A stretch of 64,000 nucleotides of DNA from NCBI GenBank assembly GCA_963743505.1, contig CAVUPZ010000001.1, positions 170,990 to 234,989 on the forward strand, read 5' to 3'. Position numbers and translations under genes: made by a program. Source of the DNA: an uncultured Solirubrobacteraceae bacterium (GTDB lineage Bacteria; Actinomycetota; Thermoleophilia; Solirubrobacterales; Solirubrobacteraceae). Positions 9,688 through 18,554 of this stretch are shown here, one piece after another; positions within the stretch are counted from its first letter, which is position 1, and every line of letters starts with the position of its first letter. Under the pieces are notes generated by a model. It saw nothing but the letters and a program-made list of their open reading frames with translations, searched no databases and was not told where the DNA came from.

Positions 9688-10191
9688 ATGAACAAGCCGA
9701 TGTTCTTCTACGCAGGCGTCTACGCGGACGTCGCAGACGCCGAGGGGGACTACGACGCGATCAAGGCGCTGCACTCGGCCGACGTGATCGGCTCATACGA
9801 CGCCGTCGTCGTCAGTCACGACCTCGACGGCAGCGTCAGGATCGACAAGCGGGAGAAGCCGACGCAGCACGGCGGCTGGGTCGGCCTCGCCGCCGGGGCC
9901 GCGATCGCGGTGGCGGCGCCGGTCGCGCTGCCGGTGATGGTCGCGGCAGGAGGCGCCGGGCTCGGCGCCTGGATCGCCCACGTCGCGCGGGGGCTCAGTC
10001 GGCGCGACGTCCGCGAACTGGGGGAGACGCTCGACGAGGGCACGACCGCGCTGATCGTGGTGGGCGTCAACAAGGACGCCGACCGCGTGCAGAAGACCGC
10101 CGCCAAGGCACTGCGACACACGACCAAGCGGATCGACGGCGACTACGAGGAAGCCGAGCACGAAGCGCTTGCGACGATGCTCGTGGTCTAG
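9688..10191 (+). CDS. DUF1269-family membrane protein
   Basis: YDAVVVSHDLDGSVRIDK, Gly/Ala-rich TM hairpin, RDVRELGETLDEGTTALIVV; RBS GAAAGG. Confidence 0.8.
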   Translation: MNKPMFFYAGVYADVADAEGDYDAIKALHSADVIGSYDAVVVSHDLDGSVRIDKREKPTQHGGWVGLAAGAAIAVAAPVALPVMVAAGGAGLGAWIAHVARGLSRRDVRELGETLDEGTTALIVVGVNKDADRVQKTAAKALRHTTKRIDGDYEEAEHEALATMLVV

Positions 10192-10258
10192 GACGCAGTC
10201 GGTGGCGACACGTGAGCGCCCCGGTGACGAGCAGTAGGTCGCAGCTATCGTCCGCTGG

Positions 10259-10606
10259 GTGAATCCCGCGTCACTGTCGCTGATCGAGTTCCCGGCGGAT
10301 GACCCCGTGCGCGCGAGGCGCTTCTGGTCGGAGCTGCTCGGGATCGCCCTCGAGGCCCGCGGCGAGGGCGACGGCGAAGGCTGGCGCAGCGAGGGAGGCG
10401 AGCCACACGTCGGGGTTCACGTGCGGGGCCGCGGCCCGGGTGACTCCTGCTCACTGCCCTACTTCGGCGTCACCGACATCGCGGAGGCGATGGAGCGGGT
10501 TGTGGAGCTCGGTGGGAGCGTCGTCCATCCGGGTGCCCGGTGGGCGATCTGCAAGGACTCAGAGGGCAGTCCGTTCGCCCTCGCCGCGCGGGCTCCCGCT
10601 GCTTGA
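10259..10606 (+). CDS. VOC/glyoxalase-family protein
   Basis: IEFPADDPVRARRFWSELLG...PYFGVTDIAEAMERVVELGG...DSEGSPFAL. Confidence 0.85.
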   Translation: MNPASLSLIEFPADDPVRARRFWSELLGIALEARGEGDGEGWRSEGGEPHVGVHVRGRGPGDSCSLPYFGVTDIAEAMERVVELGGSVVHPGARWAICKDSEGSPFALAARAPAA

Positions 10607-10763
10607 CAGCGGTGCGAGGATGGGTGTTCATCTGGTGAGCTCGACCGCGACCTGCCCCCGGGGTCGCCACGGAAGACGGGTTGTGGCCCGCGCGCCCAGG
10701 TGGAGCCGGCAAGCGGCCGCCCCGCCGGCCGAGCGGGCGCGGAACCTCGAGTGAAGGAGCGTC

Positions 10764-11618
10764 ATGCCCTACGTGAGCGTCGGTGCCGAGAACTCCGGGT
10801 CGATCGACCTGTACTACGAGGATCACGGCTCGGGTGCGCCCGTCGTCTTGATCCACGGCTATCCACTCAGCGGTCGGGCATGGGACAAGCAGGTCCCGGT
10901 GCTGCTCGAGGCCGGTCATCGCGTGATCGCCTACGACCGTCGCGGGTTCGGCCGGTCGAGCCAGCCGACGGCCGGGTATGACTACGACACGTTCGCCGGT
11001 GATCTGCGGATCCTGATCGAGGAGCTCGACCTGCGCGACGTGACGCTGGTGGGGCACTCGATGGGCACGGGGGAGGTGACCCGGTACCTCGGCAGCTACG
11101 GCTCGGAGCGGATCGCGCGCGGCGTCCTGATCTCGCCGATCCCGCCGTTCCTGCTGCAGGCGCCGGACAACCCCGAGGGTCTGCCGGAAAGCCTCTTCGA
11201 GGGATTCGTCAAGGACGCCATGGCCGACGCGCCGGCGTTCCTGAAGGGCTTCCTTGACAACTTCTACAACATCGATGTGCTCGGCGGGAAGCTCGTCAGC
11301 GAGCAGGCCTTCCAGGCGAGCTGGAACATCGCAGCGGCGGCGTCGGCGAGCGCGGCCGTCGCGTGCATCCGCACCTGGGAGACGGACTTCCGCGAGGACC
11401 TTCCGAGGATGGACGTGCCGATCCTCGTCATCGACGGCGATGCGGACCGCATCCTGCCGTATGACAAGACGGGCGCGCGGCTGCCCGGGATGATCAAGGA
11501 CATGGAGCTCATCACGATCGAAGGTGGTCCGCACGCAATCGCGTGGACCCACACGTTGCAGGTCAACAAGGCGCTACTGCAGTTCATCGGTGCGGCGTCG
11601 GAGGTTCACGCCACCTGA
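10764..11618 (+). CDS. Alpha/beta hydrolase, non-haem haloperoxidase (BpoA/Cpo) type
   Basis: LYYEDHGSGAPVVLIHGYPLSG, YDRRGFG, GHSMG nucleophile, GDADRILP, GGPH; RBS AAGGAG. Confidence 0.92.
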   Translation: MPYVSVGAENSGSIDLYYEDHGSGAPVVLIHGYPLSGRAWDKQVPVLLEAGHRVIAYDRRGFGRSSQPTAGYDYDTFAGDLRILIEELDLRDVTLVGHSMGTGEVTRYLGSYGSERIARGVLISPIPPFLLQAPDNPEGLPESLFEGFVKDAMADAPAFLKGFLDNFYNIDVLGGKLVSEQAFQASWNIAAAASASAAVACIRTWETDFREDLPRMDVPILVIDGDADRILPYDKTGARLPGMIKDMELITIEGGPHAIAWTHTLQVNKALLQFIGAASEVHAT

Positions 11619-11630
11619 TCCCTTCGCCCT

Positions 11631-12914
11631 TCAGCCCTCGACGTCGCCGCCGAACCCCCGCGGCGCTCCGACCGGCCGATCCGCCCGCACGAACCGAGCG
11701 ACCGGCGGGTGTGGCCGTGACGCGACCGATTGCGGGTCCTGACAGAAACACTCCGCCTGCCTTGCGAGCAGCTCGCCGAGGTCGCCGGTCTCAGCGAAGA
11801 CGCGCCGCTGGCGGTCGGCGCCGTTTGCGAGGGCGAGCCGCGCGACCCCCTCGAGCTCGACCGAGCACCCGAGCACGCTCGCGTGCGGCCGGCAGCGCGC
11901 CAGCACGGCCTGCACGAGGTCACAGACCGGGACGAGCCCTCGGTGCGATGTGTCGATCAGCCGCGCATCCATGCCGTCCCGAGCAGCGATGAAGCGGTTC
12001 TCGGCGAGCACCTCCGGGATCGTCTCTCGCGCCGCAGGCTGCTCCTCGAGGGCAAGCCGCGCGAGCGACTGCACCAGGGCGACGAGCGCCGCGCTGTCCG
12101 CCACGGAGGACTGGGCGTCCATCACGCGAACCTCGACGGTACCCAGCGACGGCTGCAGGCGAACGTCCCACCACAGGAAGGTGTGATCCGGTAGGGCGCC
12201 CGAGCCGACGAGGGCGTCGACGGCGTCCTCGTACTCCTGGTAGGAGCCGAACCGTCGCGGCACGCCCGTGCGCGGGAACCCGTCGAAGATCATCGCGCGC
12301 TCGGACGCGAAGCCGCCGTCGCGACCGCCGCAGAAGGGCGAGTTGGCCGACAGAGCGAGCAGCATCGGGAGATGCAGTCGCATTGCGTTGAAGACGGTGA
12401 TCGCGTCATCGGGGCTGGGCACGCCGATGTGCACGTGCAGGGCCATCGTGGGCGCGCGTCGCGCGAGCGAGCGCATCGAGTCCGCGATGATGCGGTAGCG
12501 CGACGCTCCGGAGAGGGCGACATCCTCCGCCCGGGCCAGGGGATAGGTGCCGGCGCAGGCGGCGCGGATCCCGAGCGCCCCGAGCTCCCGGTCGACCTGC
12601 GCCCGCAGCCGGGCGAGCTGCGCCGCGGCCGCGCCGGTCCTCGCGTGGACGTCGGAGCGGAACTCCATCACCGCGGCATGCGTCTCGGGAGCCGTGTGTT
12701 CGAGCAGCTCCTCTGAGAGTTGCCCCAGAACCGCATCGTCGGCGGCTGCGAGGCTGAGATCGCTCGCGCGCAGCAGCATCGCCTCCTCCTCGACACCGAC
12801 GGTGTACAGGCTGCCGCTTCGATTCCACTGAGTAGTCGAGTGCAAGCGCGCCGGCCGATATCGGTGCTCCGCAACAGCGGGCCGCTCGAGGTGCGATCGC
12901 AGAACGTCGGCCAA
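11631..12914 (-). CDS. YbdK/GCS2-family carboxylate-amine (gamma-glutamyl) ligase
   Basis: YTVGVEEE, MALHVHIG, LALSANSPF, WWDVR, TVEVRVMD, ENRFIAARDG; start uncertain. Confidence 0.9.
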   Translation of the reverse strand: MADVLRSHLERPAVAEHRYRPARLHSTTQWNRSGSLYTVGVEEEAMLLRASDLSLAAADDAVLGQLSEELLEHTAPETHAAVMEFRSDVHARTGAAAAQLARLRAQVDRELGALGIRAACAGTYPLARAEDVALSGASRYRIIADSMRSLARRAPTMALHVHIGVPSPDDAITVFNAMRLHLPMLLALSANSPFCGGRDGGFASERAMIFDGFPRTGVPRRFGSYQEYEDAVDALVGSGALPDHTFLWWDVRLQPSLGTVEVRVMDAQSSVADSAALVALVQSLARLALEEQPAARETIPEVLAENRFIAARDGMDARLIDTSHRGLVPVCDLVQAVLARCRPHASVLGCSVELEGVARLALANGADRQRRVFAETGDLGELLARQAECFCQDPQSVASRPHPPVARFVRADRPVGAPRGFGGDVEG

Positions 12915-12951
12915 CTGACGCAAGACTACAGCCGGCTGTCCCGCCCCGCCC

Positions 12952-12968
12952 TCCTCCCGATCAGATGA
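12952..12968. promoter_or_regulatory. 17-bp box TCCTCC-CGATC-AGATGA between the divergent ligase and GAP genes
   Basis: On the minus strand it reads TCATCT-GATCG-GGAGGA with TAGTCT 23 nt downstream. Confidence 0.6.
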
Positions 12969-13018
12969 TTCCGCCGCGCCAGACGCGAGACTGGGCGCAT
13001 TGACGCTTGGATGGCACC

Positions 13019-13690
13019 GTGACCTCCGTCGACGTCGAGCTCGGCCTGGTGGCGCTCGCCGCGATGCTCTCGCCGACGACGCTGTCGTTCTCGGTACTGG
13101 CGCTCGTCCTCGGTGAGCGCCCCTTGCGAACGGGGCTGTGGTTCTACGTCGGCGCATTCGGCGTGACGATGCTGATCGGCGTGGTTGCTGCCTTCGTGCT
13201 CGGCGACGTGGCTGCGTCGCCGAATTCCAACACCCCCAAGACGTGGGTGGCGATCGTCGACGTCATCGCCGGCGTTCTTCTGCTGCTGTACGTCGCTCGC
13301 GTATTGCGCCGGCCACAGGATCCCAGGCGTGCCGAGGCGATGATCGAGCAGATGAGCAAGGTGACGGCGTCGCCCGTGATCGCGATCGTCGCCGCCGGTG
13401 CCACGCTCGCGAACCCCGGCGGCTTCATCCCGCTCGCCCTCAAGGACATCTCTCAGCTGAACCCGAGCGCGGGCGAATACATCCTCGAGTGGTTCGTGTT
13501 CGCGATCGTCTCGCTGCTGCCCCTGTCGCTCGCGCTGCTGATGCTGCTGCTCGCTCCCGCGCCGACGAAGCGAGTGCTTGCACGCGCGAGAGGTTGGCTC
13601 GAACGTCGCGCGAGGACGGTCGCAGCCGCGATCGTGATCCTGCTCGCGGCGGCGCTGCTGCGCAACGGCATCGTCGGCCTCACGAGCTGA
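13019..13690 (+). CDS. GAP/Sap-family membrane protein
   Basis: LAAMLSPTTL, about six TM helices, C-terminal LARARGWLERRAR. Confidence 0.78.
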   Translation: MTSVDVELGLVALAAMLSPTTLSFSVLALVLGERPLRTGLWFYVGAFGVTMLIGVVAAFVLGDVAASPNSNTPKTWVAIVDVIAGVLLLLYVARVLRRPQDPRRAEAMIEQMSKVTASPVIAIVAAGATLANPGGFIPLALKDISQLNPSAGEYILEWFVFAIVSLLPLSLALLMLLLAPAPTKRVLARARGWLERRARTVAAAIVILLAAALLRNGIVGLTS

Positions 13691-14366
13691 GGGGAGGGCG
13701 CTCGGCGATGTCCCGCTCGACCGCGCCTGCGAGCTCGCGGAGTCGCCGCAGGCGGGGGACCTTGCGCGTGCGGCCCGTCAGCAGCGTGGCCACGGCGCAG
13801 CTGAGGAAGCACGCCGCCCCGAGCGCGGTGTTCCAGTTCGCGGCCGCGAGGTCGAGCACCGAGCCCCGCGATGGAACGACGTAGCCCGCGACCGCCGCGA
13901 TCGCGAAGAAGATGCAGCCCATGAGGTTGAGCGCGGGCTCCCACCAGCCGGGCTCGCCGCGCTGTGGCAGCCAGCCGCGCCGAGCGCAGGCGCGGTATGC
14001 GATCGCGCCGGAGGCGAGGAAGCAGATCGAGCCGAGCGCGTCCGGGCGCCACACGAGCCTGTCGTAGGTCTGACTGGACAGCGCGGTGTGCATGGCCCGG
14101 TAGGTGGTCACGTTGAAGAACACCGTGCCGACGCTCTGGACGGTCGCGGCCCGCCACGCCGATCTGCCCGCTCCGCGCGCGCGCCGGCCGGGGAACGCGA
14201 GCCAGGTCTGCAGCGCGCCGCCGGCCGTGAACATGATCGATGCCACGAAGAACACGACCGCGTCCGCTGCGTCCCCCACGAGGCCGGCGAAGCCCGGAAA
14301 CGGCGCGATCAGGAAACCCAGCGATCCGCATGCGAACAACAGCGCCATCCAGCGCTCCCGACTCAT
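13680..14366 (-). CDS. YrhK-like membrane protein
   Basis: FFVASIMFTAGG, GTVFFNVTT, LVWRPDALGSICFL, NWNTALGAACF. Confidence 0.75.
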   Translation of the reverse strand: MSRERWMALLFACGSLGFLIAPFPGFAGLVGDAADAVVFFVASIMFTAGGALQTWLAFPGRRARGAGRSAWRAATVQSVGTVFFNVTTYRAMHTALSSQTYDRLVWRPDALGSICFLASGAIAYRACARRGWLPQRGEPGWWEPALNLMGCIFFAIAAVAGYVVPSRGSVLDLAAANWNTALGAACFLSCAVATLLTGRTRKVPRLRRLRELAGAVERDIAERPPLSS

Positions 14367-14456
14367 GGCAGGCGCGCCGCACGATCATGCCCGCCGGCGC
14401 CGGGGTCGAAGGTCGACACGGGACGCGCGAGACTACCAGCAGGGCTTGGCGGCGAA

Positions 14457-14473
14457 TCCGCCGTTTTGGATGA
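14457..14473. promoter_or_regulatory. 17-bp box TCCGCC-GTTTT-GGATGA that may serve divergent promoters
   Basis: GAGGAT 22 nt downstream on + and TAGTCT 21 nt downstream on -. Confidence 0.65.
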
Positions 14474-14580
14474 TGAACGCCGCCTTGGCGGGGCGGAGGA
14501 TGGGCCGATCCGGCATCGCTCGTTCCCGATCGGCTTTGATCACACGCCCGCTCATCCTCACGAGGGGGGAGCAGCGCGGC

Positions 14581-15999
14581 ATGCCTGACCCGGTGGACGG
14601 CGCGGAGGATGCGACCGCGACCGTCCTGAGCAGGGGCTATGTGGTGCTGTTGCTGCTCGCAGCGGTCGTGGGCGTGATCGTCTCGCTCGGCGCCTGGTGC
14701 TTTCTCGAGCTGATCTATCAGATCCAGCGAGAGGTGTTTCACCACCTGCCGAGCGCCCTCGGCTACAGCCACGGGGCGCCGCTGTGGTGGCCCGTTCCCG
14801 TCCTCGCCATCGCCGGCGTGATCGTCGCGTTCGCGATCGTGCGCCTGCCCGGCAACGGGGGTCACGTGCCGGCCGACGGGCTGAAGGTGGGGGGCGGGCC
14901 AACGCTCCCGCGGGAGATGCCGGGCATCGCGCTCGCCGGCCTCGCGTCGATCGGCCTCGGCACGGTGATCGGCCCCGAGGCGCCGCTGATCGCGCTCGGG
15001 TCGGGGCTCGCCCTGGCCACCGTCCGGCTCGCGCGCAGGCCGATGCCCGACCAGGCTCTGACCGTGGTGGCGGCGGCGGGCAGCTTCGCCGCGATCTCGC
15101 TCATCTTCAGCTCGCCGATCATCGCGGCGATCATCCTGATCGAGGCGACCGGGATCGGCGGGAAGCAGCTCACGGTGGTCCTGCTCCCGGGCCTGATCGC
15201 CGCCGGCGTCGGCGGGCTCGTCTCGGTCGGAATGGGCTCGTTCACCGGCCTGAGCACGAGCGCGTACGCGCTCGGGGCGCTGCCGCTCGGCCATTTCGCG
15301 CGCCCGGACATCGGTCAGTTCGGCTGGACGATCGCGATCGCTCTTCTGATCGCCGCTGCCCTGCACGCGATCGTCACGGGTGGCCGCGCCACCCATCGGC
15401 TCGCGCAGCCGCGGACCTTCGCGGTGCTCCCGCTCGCCGGCATCGTCGTGGCCGGGCTCGCGATCGCCTTCTCGGAAGCCTCCGGGAAGGCAGTGGAAGA
15501 GGTCCTGTTCTCCGGCCAGGACCAGCTCTCCGGCCTTGTGTCACATGCCGGGACATGGACGCTGTCTGCGCTCGTGCTGCTGCTTGCCTTCAAGGGGGTC
15601 GCGTATGCGATATCGCTCGGGGCCTTCAGGGGCGGCCCCACGTTCCCGGCGATCTTCCTCGGCGCGGCCGCGGGCATCGCGGCATCGCACCTGCCCGACT
15701 TCCCGCTACCGGCCGCGGTCGCGGTCGGCATCGGCGCGGCGGTCGTCTCGATCCTGCGCCTGCCGCTCTCGGCGATCGTGGTCGCCTCCCTGCTGACGGC
15801 GGAATCCGGCGACGGCGCGCAGGCGCTGGTGATAGTCGGCGTCGTCGTCGCCTACCTCGCGACGCTCGCGCTCTCGCGTTGGGGAACCCCGAGGCAGGCC
15901 GCGGGCGCGGGCACGCCGGCGACGTCCCCCGATGCTGCGCAGGCCGCCGCGCCTGCGGGCGCCCCGGCGGTGGCGGCGACAGGCCGACGATTGCGATGA
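14581..15999 (+). CDS. ClC-family chloride channel/antiporter
   Basis: GPEAP (GxExP) gating motif, FRGGPTFP, many TM helices. Confidence 0.88.
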   Translation: MPDPVDGAEDATATVLSRGYVVLLLLAAVVGVIVSLGAWCFLELIYQIQREVFHHLPSALGYSHGAPLWWPVPVLAIAGVIVAFAIVRLPGNGGHVPADGLKVGGGPTLPREMPGIALAGLASIGLGTVIGPEAPLIALGSGLALATVRLARRPMPDQALTVVAAAGSFAAISLIFSSPIIAAIILIEATGIGGKQLTVVLLPGLIAAGVGGLVSVGMGSFTGLSTSAYALGALPLGHFARPDIGQFGWTIAIALLIAAALHAIVTGGRATHRLAQPRTFAVLPLAGIVVAGLAIAFSEASGKAVEEVLFSGQDQLSGLVSHAGTWTLSALVLLLAFKGVAYAISLGAFRGGPTFPAIFLGAAAGIAASHLPDFPLPAAVAVGIGAAVVSILRLPLSAIVVASLLTAESGDGAQALVIVGVVVAYLATLALSRWGTPRQAAGAGTPATSPDAAQAAAPAGAPAVAATGRRLR

Positions 16000-16101
16000 G
16001 CCGCGTCGGGTCGCACGCGCGCCTGGCCCGCCGGCCGTCGGCGGCAAGAAATTCTTCCCAGGAAGCACCGCCCCCATGAGGACAACAGATAGGAGCTAGT
16101 G

Positions 16102-16956
16102 ATGTGTCGCTGGATGGCTTACTCGGGTTCGCCCCGCCTGCTGGAGGATGGGCTGTTCACGCCCGCTCATTCGCTGATCGACCAGAGCCTTCACTCCGAG
16201 CTTGGAGCCGAGGCCACCAACGGCGACGGTTTCGGGGTCGGCTGGTATGACTCCGCGCCGACGCCGGGTGTCTTCAGGAGCATCGAGCCGGCTTGGAACG
16301 ACCAGAACCTGCGCGAGATCGCAGGCCACGTCAGCTCGGGGCACGTCTTCGCGCACATCCGCGCGGCGATCGGCTCCGCGGTCCAGCAGACCAACTGCCA
16401 CCCGTTTCGCCACGGTCGCTGGCTGTGGATGCACAACGGCTTCATCGACGGCTTCTCCTCGATCAAGCGCGACCTTGCGTTCGCGATCGATCCGTCCCTC
16501 TACCCCGAGGTCGGCGGCTCGACGGACTCGGAGATCCTGTTCTTCCTGGCGCTCAGCTGCGGTCTCGAAGACGACCCTCCGTCCGCGGTCGCGCAGGCGA
16601 TCGGGATCGTCGAGGACCGCGGGCACAAGCGTGACGTCAAGCACCCGTTCCAGGGCACGATCGCGACCACCGACGGCGCACGGATCTGGGCGTTTCGCTA
16701 CTCCAGCGAGGGCAACTCGCGCTCGCTCTTCTACTCGCGGGATGCCGCCACGCTGAGGCGCCTGTACCCCGAGCGCGAGAACTTGCAGAGTCTCTCCGAC
16801 GACGCGCGATTGATCGTCTCCGAGCCGATCGGCGAGCTTCCCGGCGCGTGGAGCGAGGTGCCGGAGTCCTCCTACGGCGTGGTCGGGGGCGGTGAAGACC
16901 AGCTGCTCCCGTTTGCCGTCATACCCCCGACAAGCGCCGTGGCCCTCTCCACGTGA
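16102..16956 (+). CDS. Class II glutamine amidotransferase (EgtC/YafJ-like Ntn hydrolase)
   Basis: N-terminal MCRW, NGDGFGVGWY, FAHIRAA, NCHPF, HNG, GSTDSE; RBS AGGAG. Confidence 0.93.
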   Translation: MCRWMAYSGSPRLLEDGLFTPAHSLIDQSLHSELGAEATNGDGFGVGWYDSAPTPGVFRSIEPAWNDQNLREIAGHVSSGHVFAHIRAAIGSAVQQTNCHPFRHGRWLWMHNGFIDGFSSIKRDLAFAIDPSLYPEVGGSTDSEILFFLALSCGLEDDPPSAVAQAIGIVEDRGHKRDVKHPFQGTIATTDGARIWAFRYSSEGNSRSLFYSRDAATLRRLYPERENLQSLSDDARLIVSEPIGELPGAWSEVPESSYGVVGGGEDQLLPFAVIPPTSAVALST

Positions 16957-17020
16957 GCGGGCGGCGGGCGCCTGAGCGGGCGGCGGTCCACGGGGCCCCC
17001 TCACCCGTCGGCGCCGACCG

Positions 17021-17878
17021 GTGAGCGCCGCCTTCGCGCTGCTGGCGGCTCTGTGCAACGCGGTCTACGTCGCCACCCAGCACGTCGCGAGCACCAGCAG
17101 CCCGGTCAGGGTGTCCGGGGTGCGGCTCGTCGGCTACCTCCTGCGCAGCCCGCTGTGGCTGTTCGGGTTGGCCGTCGGCATCGGAGCGTTCGTCTGTCAG
17201 GCCGTGGCGCTCCGTCACGGGCAGGTCTCGATCGTGCAGACGCTGCTCGTGACGGAGCTCGTGTTCGGCCTCGTCCTGCGGAAGCTCTGGATCGGCCAAT
17301 CGATCCGCGCGGCCGCGTGGGCTGCGGCCGCGCTGACCTGTGCCGGGCTCGGTGCGTTCGTCGCGATCGACGAGCCCCAGGGCGGCGTCCCCTCGCCGAC
17401 CACGCGGGCGTGGGTGTCGGCGGTGCTGGCGTGGGGGGGCGCGGCGGCGCTGATGGCTCTCGCGGCGCGGTTCGGATCGCCGGCGCGGCGAGCGGCCCTC
17501 TACGCGTCCGCGGCCGCCATCATCTGGGCGCTCGAGGCGACCTTCATCAAGGCCACGGTCGAGACGCTGAGCGCATCCGGCCTGGGGGCGACGTTCACGC
17601 GCTGGCCGATCTACGCGGTGGCAGCCGGCGGCGTCGCCGGAACGGTGCTGGTACAGGCGGCTCTCCACGTCGGGCCACTGAGTGTCTCCCAGCCGCTGTT
17701 GACGATCGTGGATCCTGCGGTCAGCACGATCTTGAGCGTCTGGCTGTTCCAGGAGCACTACACCCGCAGCCCCTTGTCTGTGGCGAGTAGCGTCCTCGCC
17801 TTCGCCGTCATGTGTGCGGGAGTGCTCGCGCTCACGAAGCTGGCGCCGCCGACGATGCGCCCCGAGGACGCGTCCTAG
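17021..17878 (+). CDS. DMT-superfamily transporter
   Basis: PLWLFG...QAVALRHGQVSIVQTLLVTELVF, VLVQAALHVGPL. Confidence 0.82.
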   Translation: MSAAFALLAALCNAVYVATQHVASTSSPVRVSGVRLVGYLLRSPLWLFGLAVGIGAFVCQAVALRHGQVSIVQTLLVTELVFGLVLRKLWIGQSIRAAAWAAAALTCAGLGAFVAIDEPQGGVPSPTTRAWVSAVLAWGGAAALMALAARFGSPARRAALYASAAAIIWALEATFIKATVETLSASGLGATFTRWPIYAVAAGGVAGTVLVQAALHVGPLSVSQPLLTIVDPAVSTILSVWLFQEHYTRSPLSVASSVLAFAVMCAGVLALTKLAPPTMRPEDAS

Positions 17879-17884
17879 TCTCCT

Positions 17885-18391
17885 TCAGGCTCGGGCGTCC
17901 GCCCCTGCAGCCAGGCGGCCTGGCAGCGCCGTCCACCGGTCCTCGGCGTCGGCCGCGGCGGTGAACTCGTTCGCGAGCTGTGCGCCTCCGATCCGATCGA
18001 CAGCCTCGGCGAGCACCCCTGCCCACGCGTGCTCCACCATCACCGCTGCGACCGCGCAACCCGGCTCGAGCGCATCTGCGATCGCCTGCACGAGCTGCCC
18101 GCGCGCGCCCCCGCGCGCGGCTTCGGTCTGCTCCCTGCGGGCGGAGTCGTCGAGGCGGAAGCCGATCAGCTTGCCGATCATCCCGGCCGAGCTTGCGCTC
18201 GCTATGGACACCGCCACGAGCTCGCCAGCATCGTCGCGGCCGACGAAGAGGGCCTCGAGCACCCGCAGCGCACCGCCGCTTTCGACCCGCTGCAGGGCCC
18301 CCATCAGGCGTCCCTCGAAGTCCGCGCCGGGCGGGAACGCGTACGCCAGCAGCTGACGGGGCACACCTCTGTTCTCGGATCCGGTCGCCAT
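17885..18391 (-). CDS. DUF6325/DUF1269-like protein
   Basis: QLLAYAFPPGADFEG...LRVLEALFVGRDDAG...LEPGCAVAAVMVEHAWA. Confidence 0.72.
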   Translation of the reverse strand: MATGSENRGVPRQLLAYAFPPGADFEGRLMGALQRVESGGALRVLEALFVGRDDAGELVAVSIASASSAGMIGKLIGFRLDDSARREQTEAARGGARGQLVQAIADALEPGCAVAAVMVEHAWAGVLAEAVDRIGGAQLANEFTAAADAEDRWTALPGRLAAGADARA

Positions 18392-18434
18392 CTTCGAGTC
18401 CTCAGCGACGCTACGCCCGGCCCCGGTCGTCGCC

Positions 18435-18451
18435 TCCTCCCGATCGGGTGA
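18435..18451 (-). promoter_or_regulatory. 17-bp box TCACCC-GATCG-GGAGGA with -10 TAGCGT 21 nt downstream
   Basis: Read directly; upstream of the DUF6325-like gene. Confidence 0.7.
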
Positions 18452-18502
18452 GGCGCCGCGCAGATGGTGCCCGGTGCCCCACGGTGTCGCGGACACGAGG
18501 CC

Positions 18503-18519
18503 TCACCCCTACGGGATGA
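18503..18519 (+). promoter_or_regulatory. 17-bp box TCACCC-CTACG-GGATGA with -10 CAATCT 22 nt downstream
   Basis: Read directly; the DUF2252 ATG follows the -10 by 7 nt. Confidence 0.78.
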
Positions 18520-18554
18520 TGCGCGCCCCACACAAGCGCTCCAATCTCTTCCCG

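Noticed and set aside
16954-16987. Short direct repeat TGAGCGGGCGGCGG x2
   Set aside because: Only two copies with a very short spacer; not CRISPR and no function is evident
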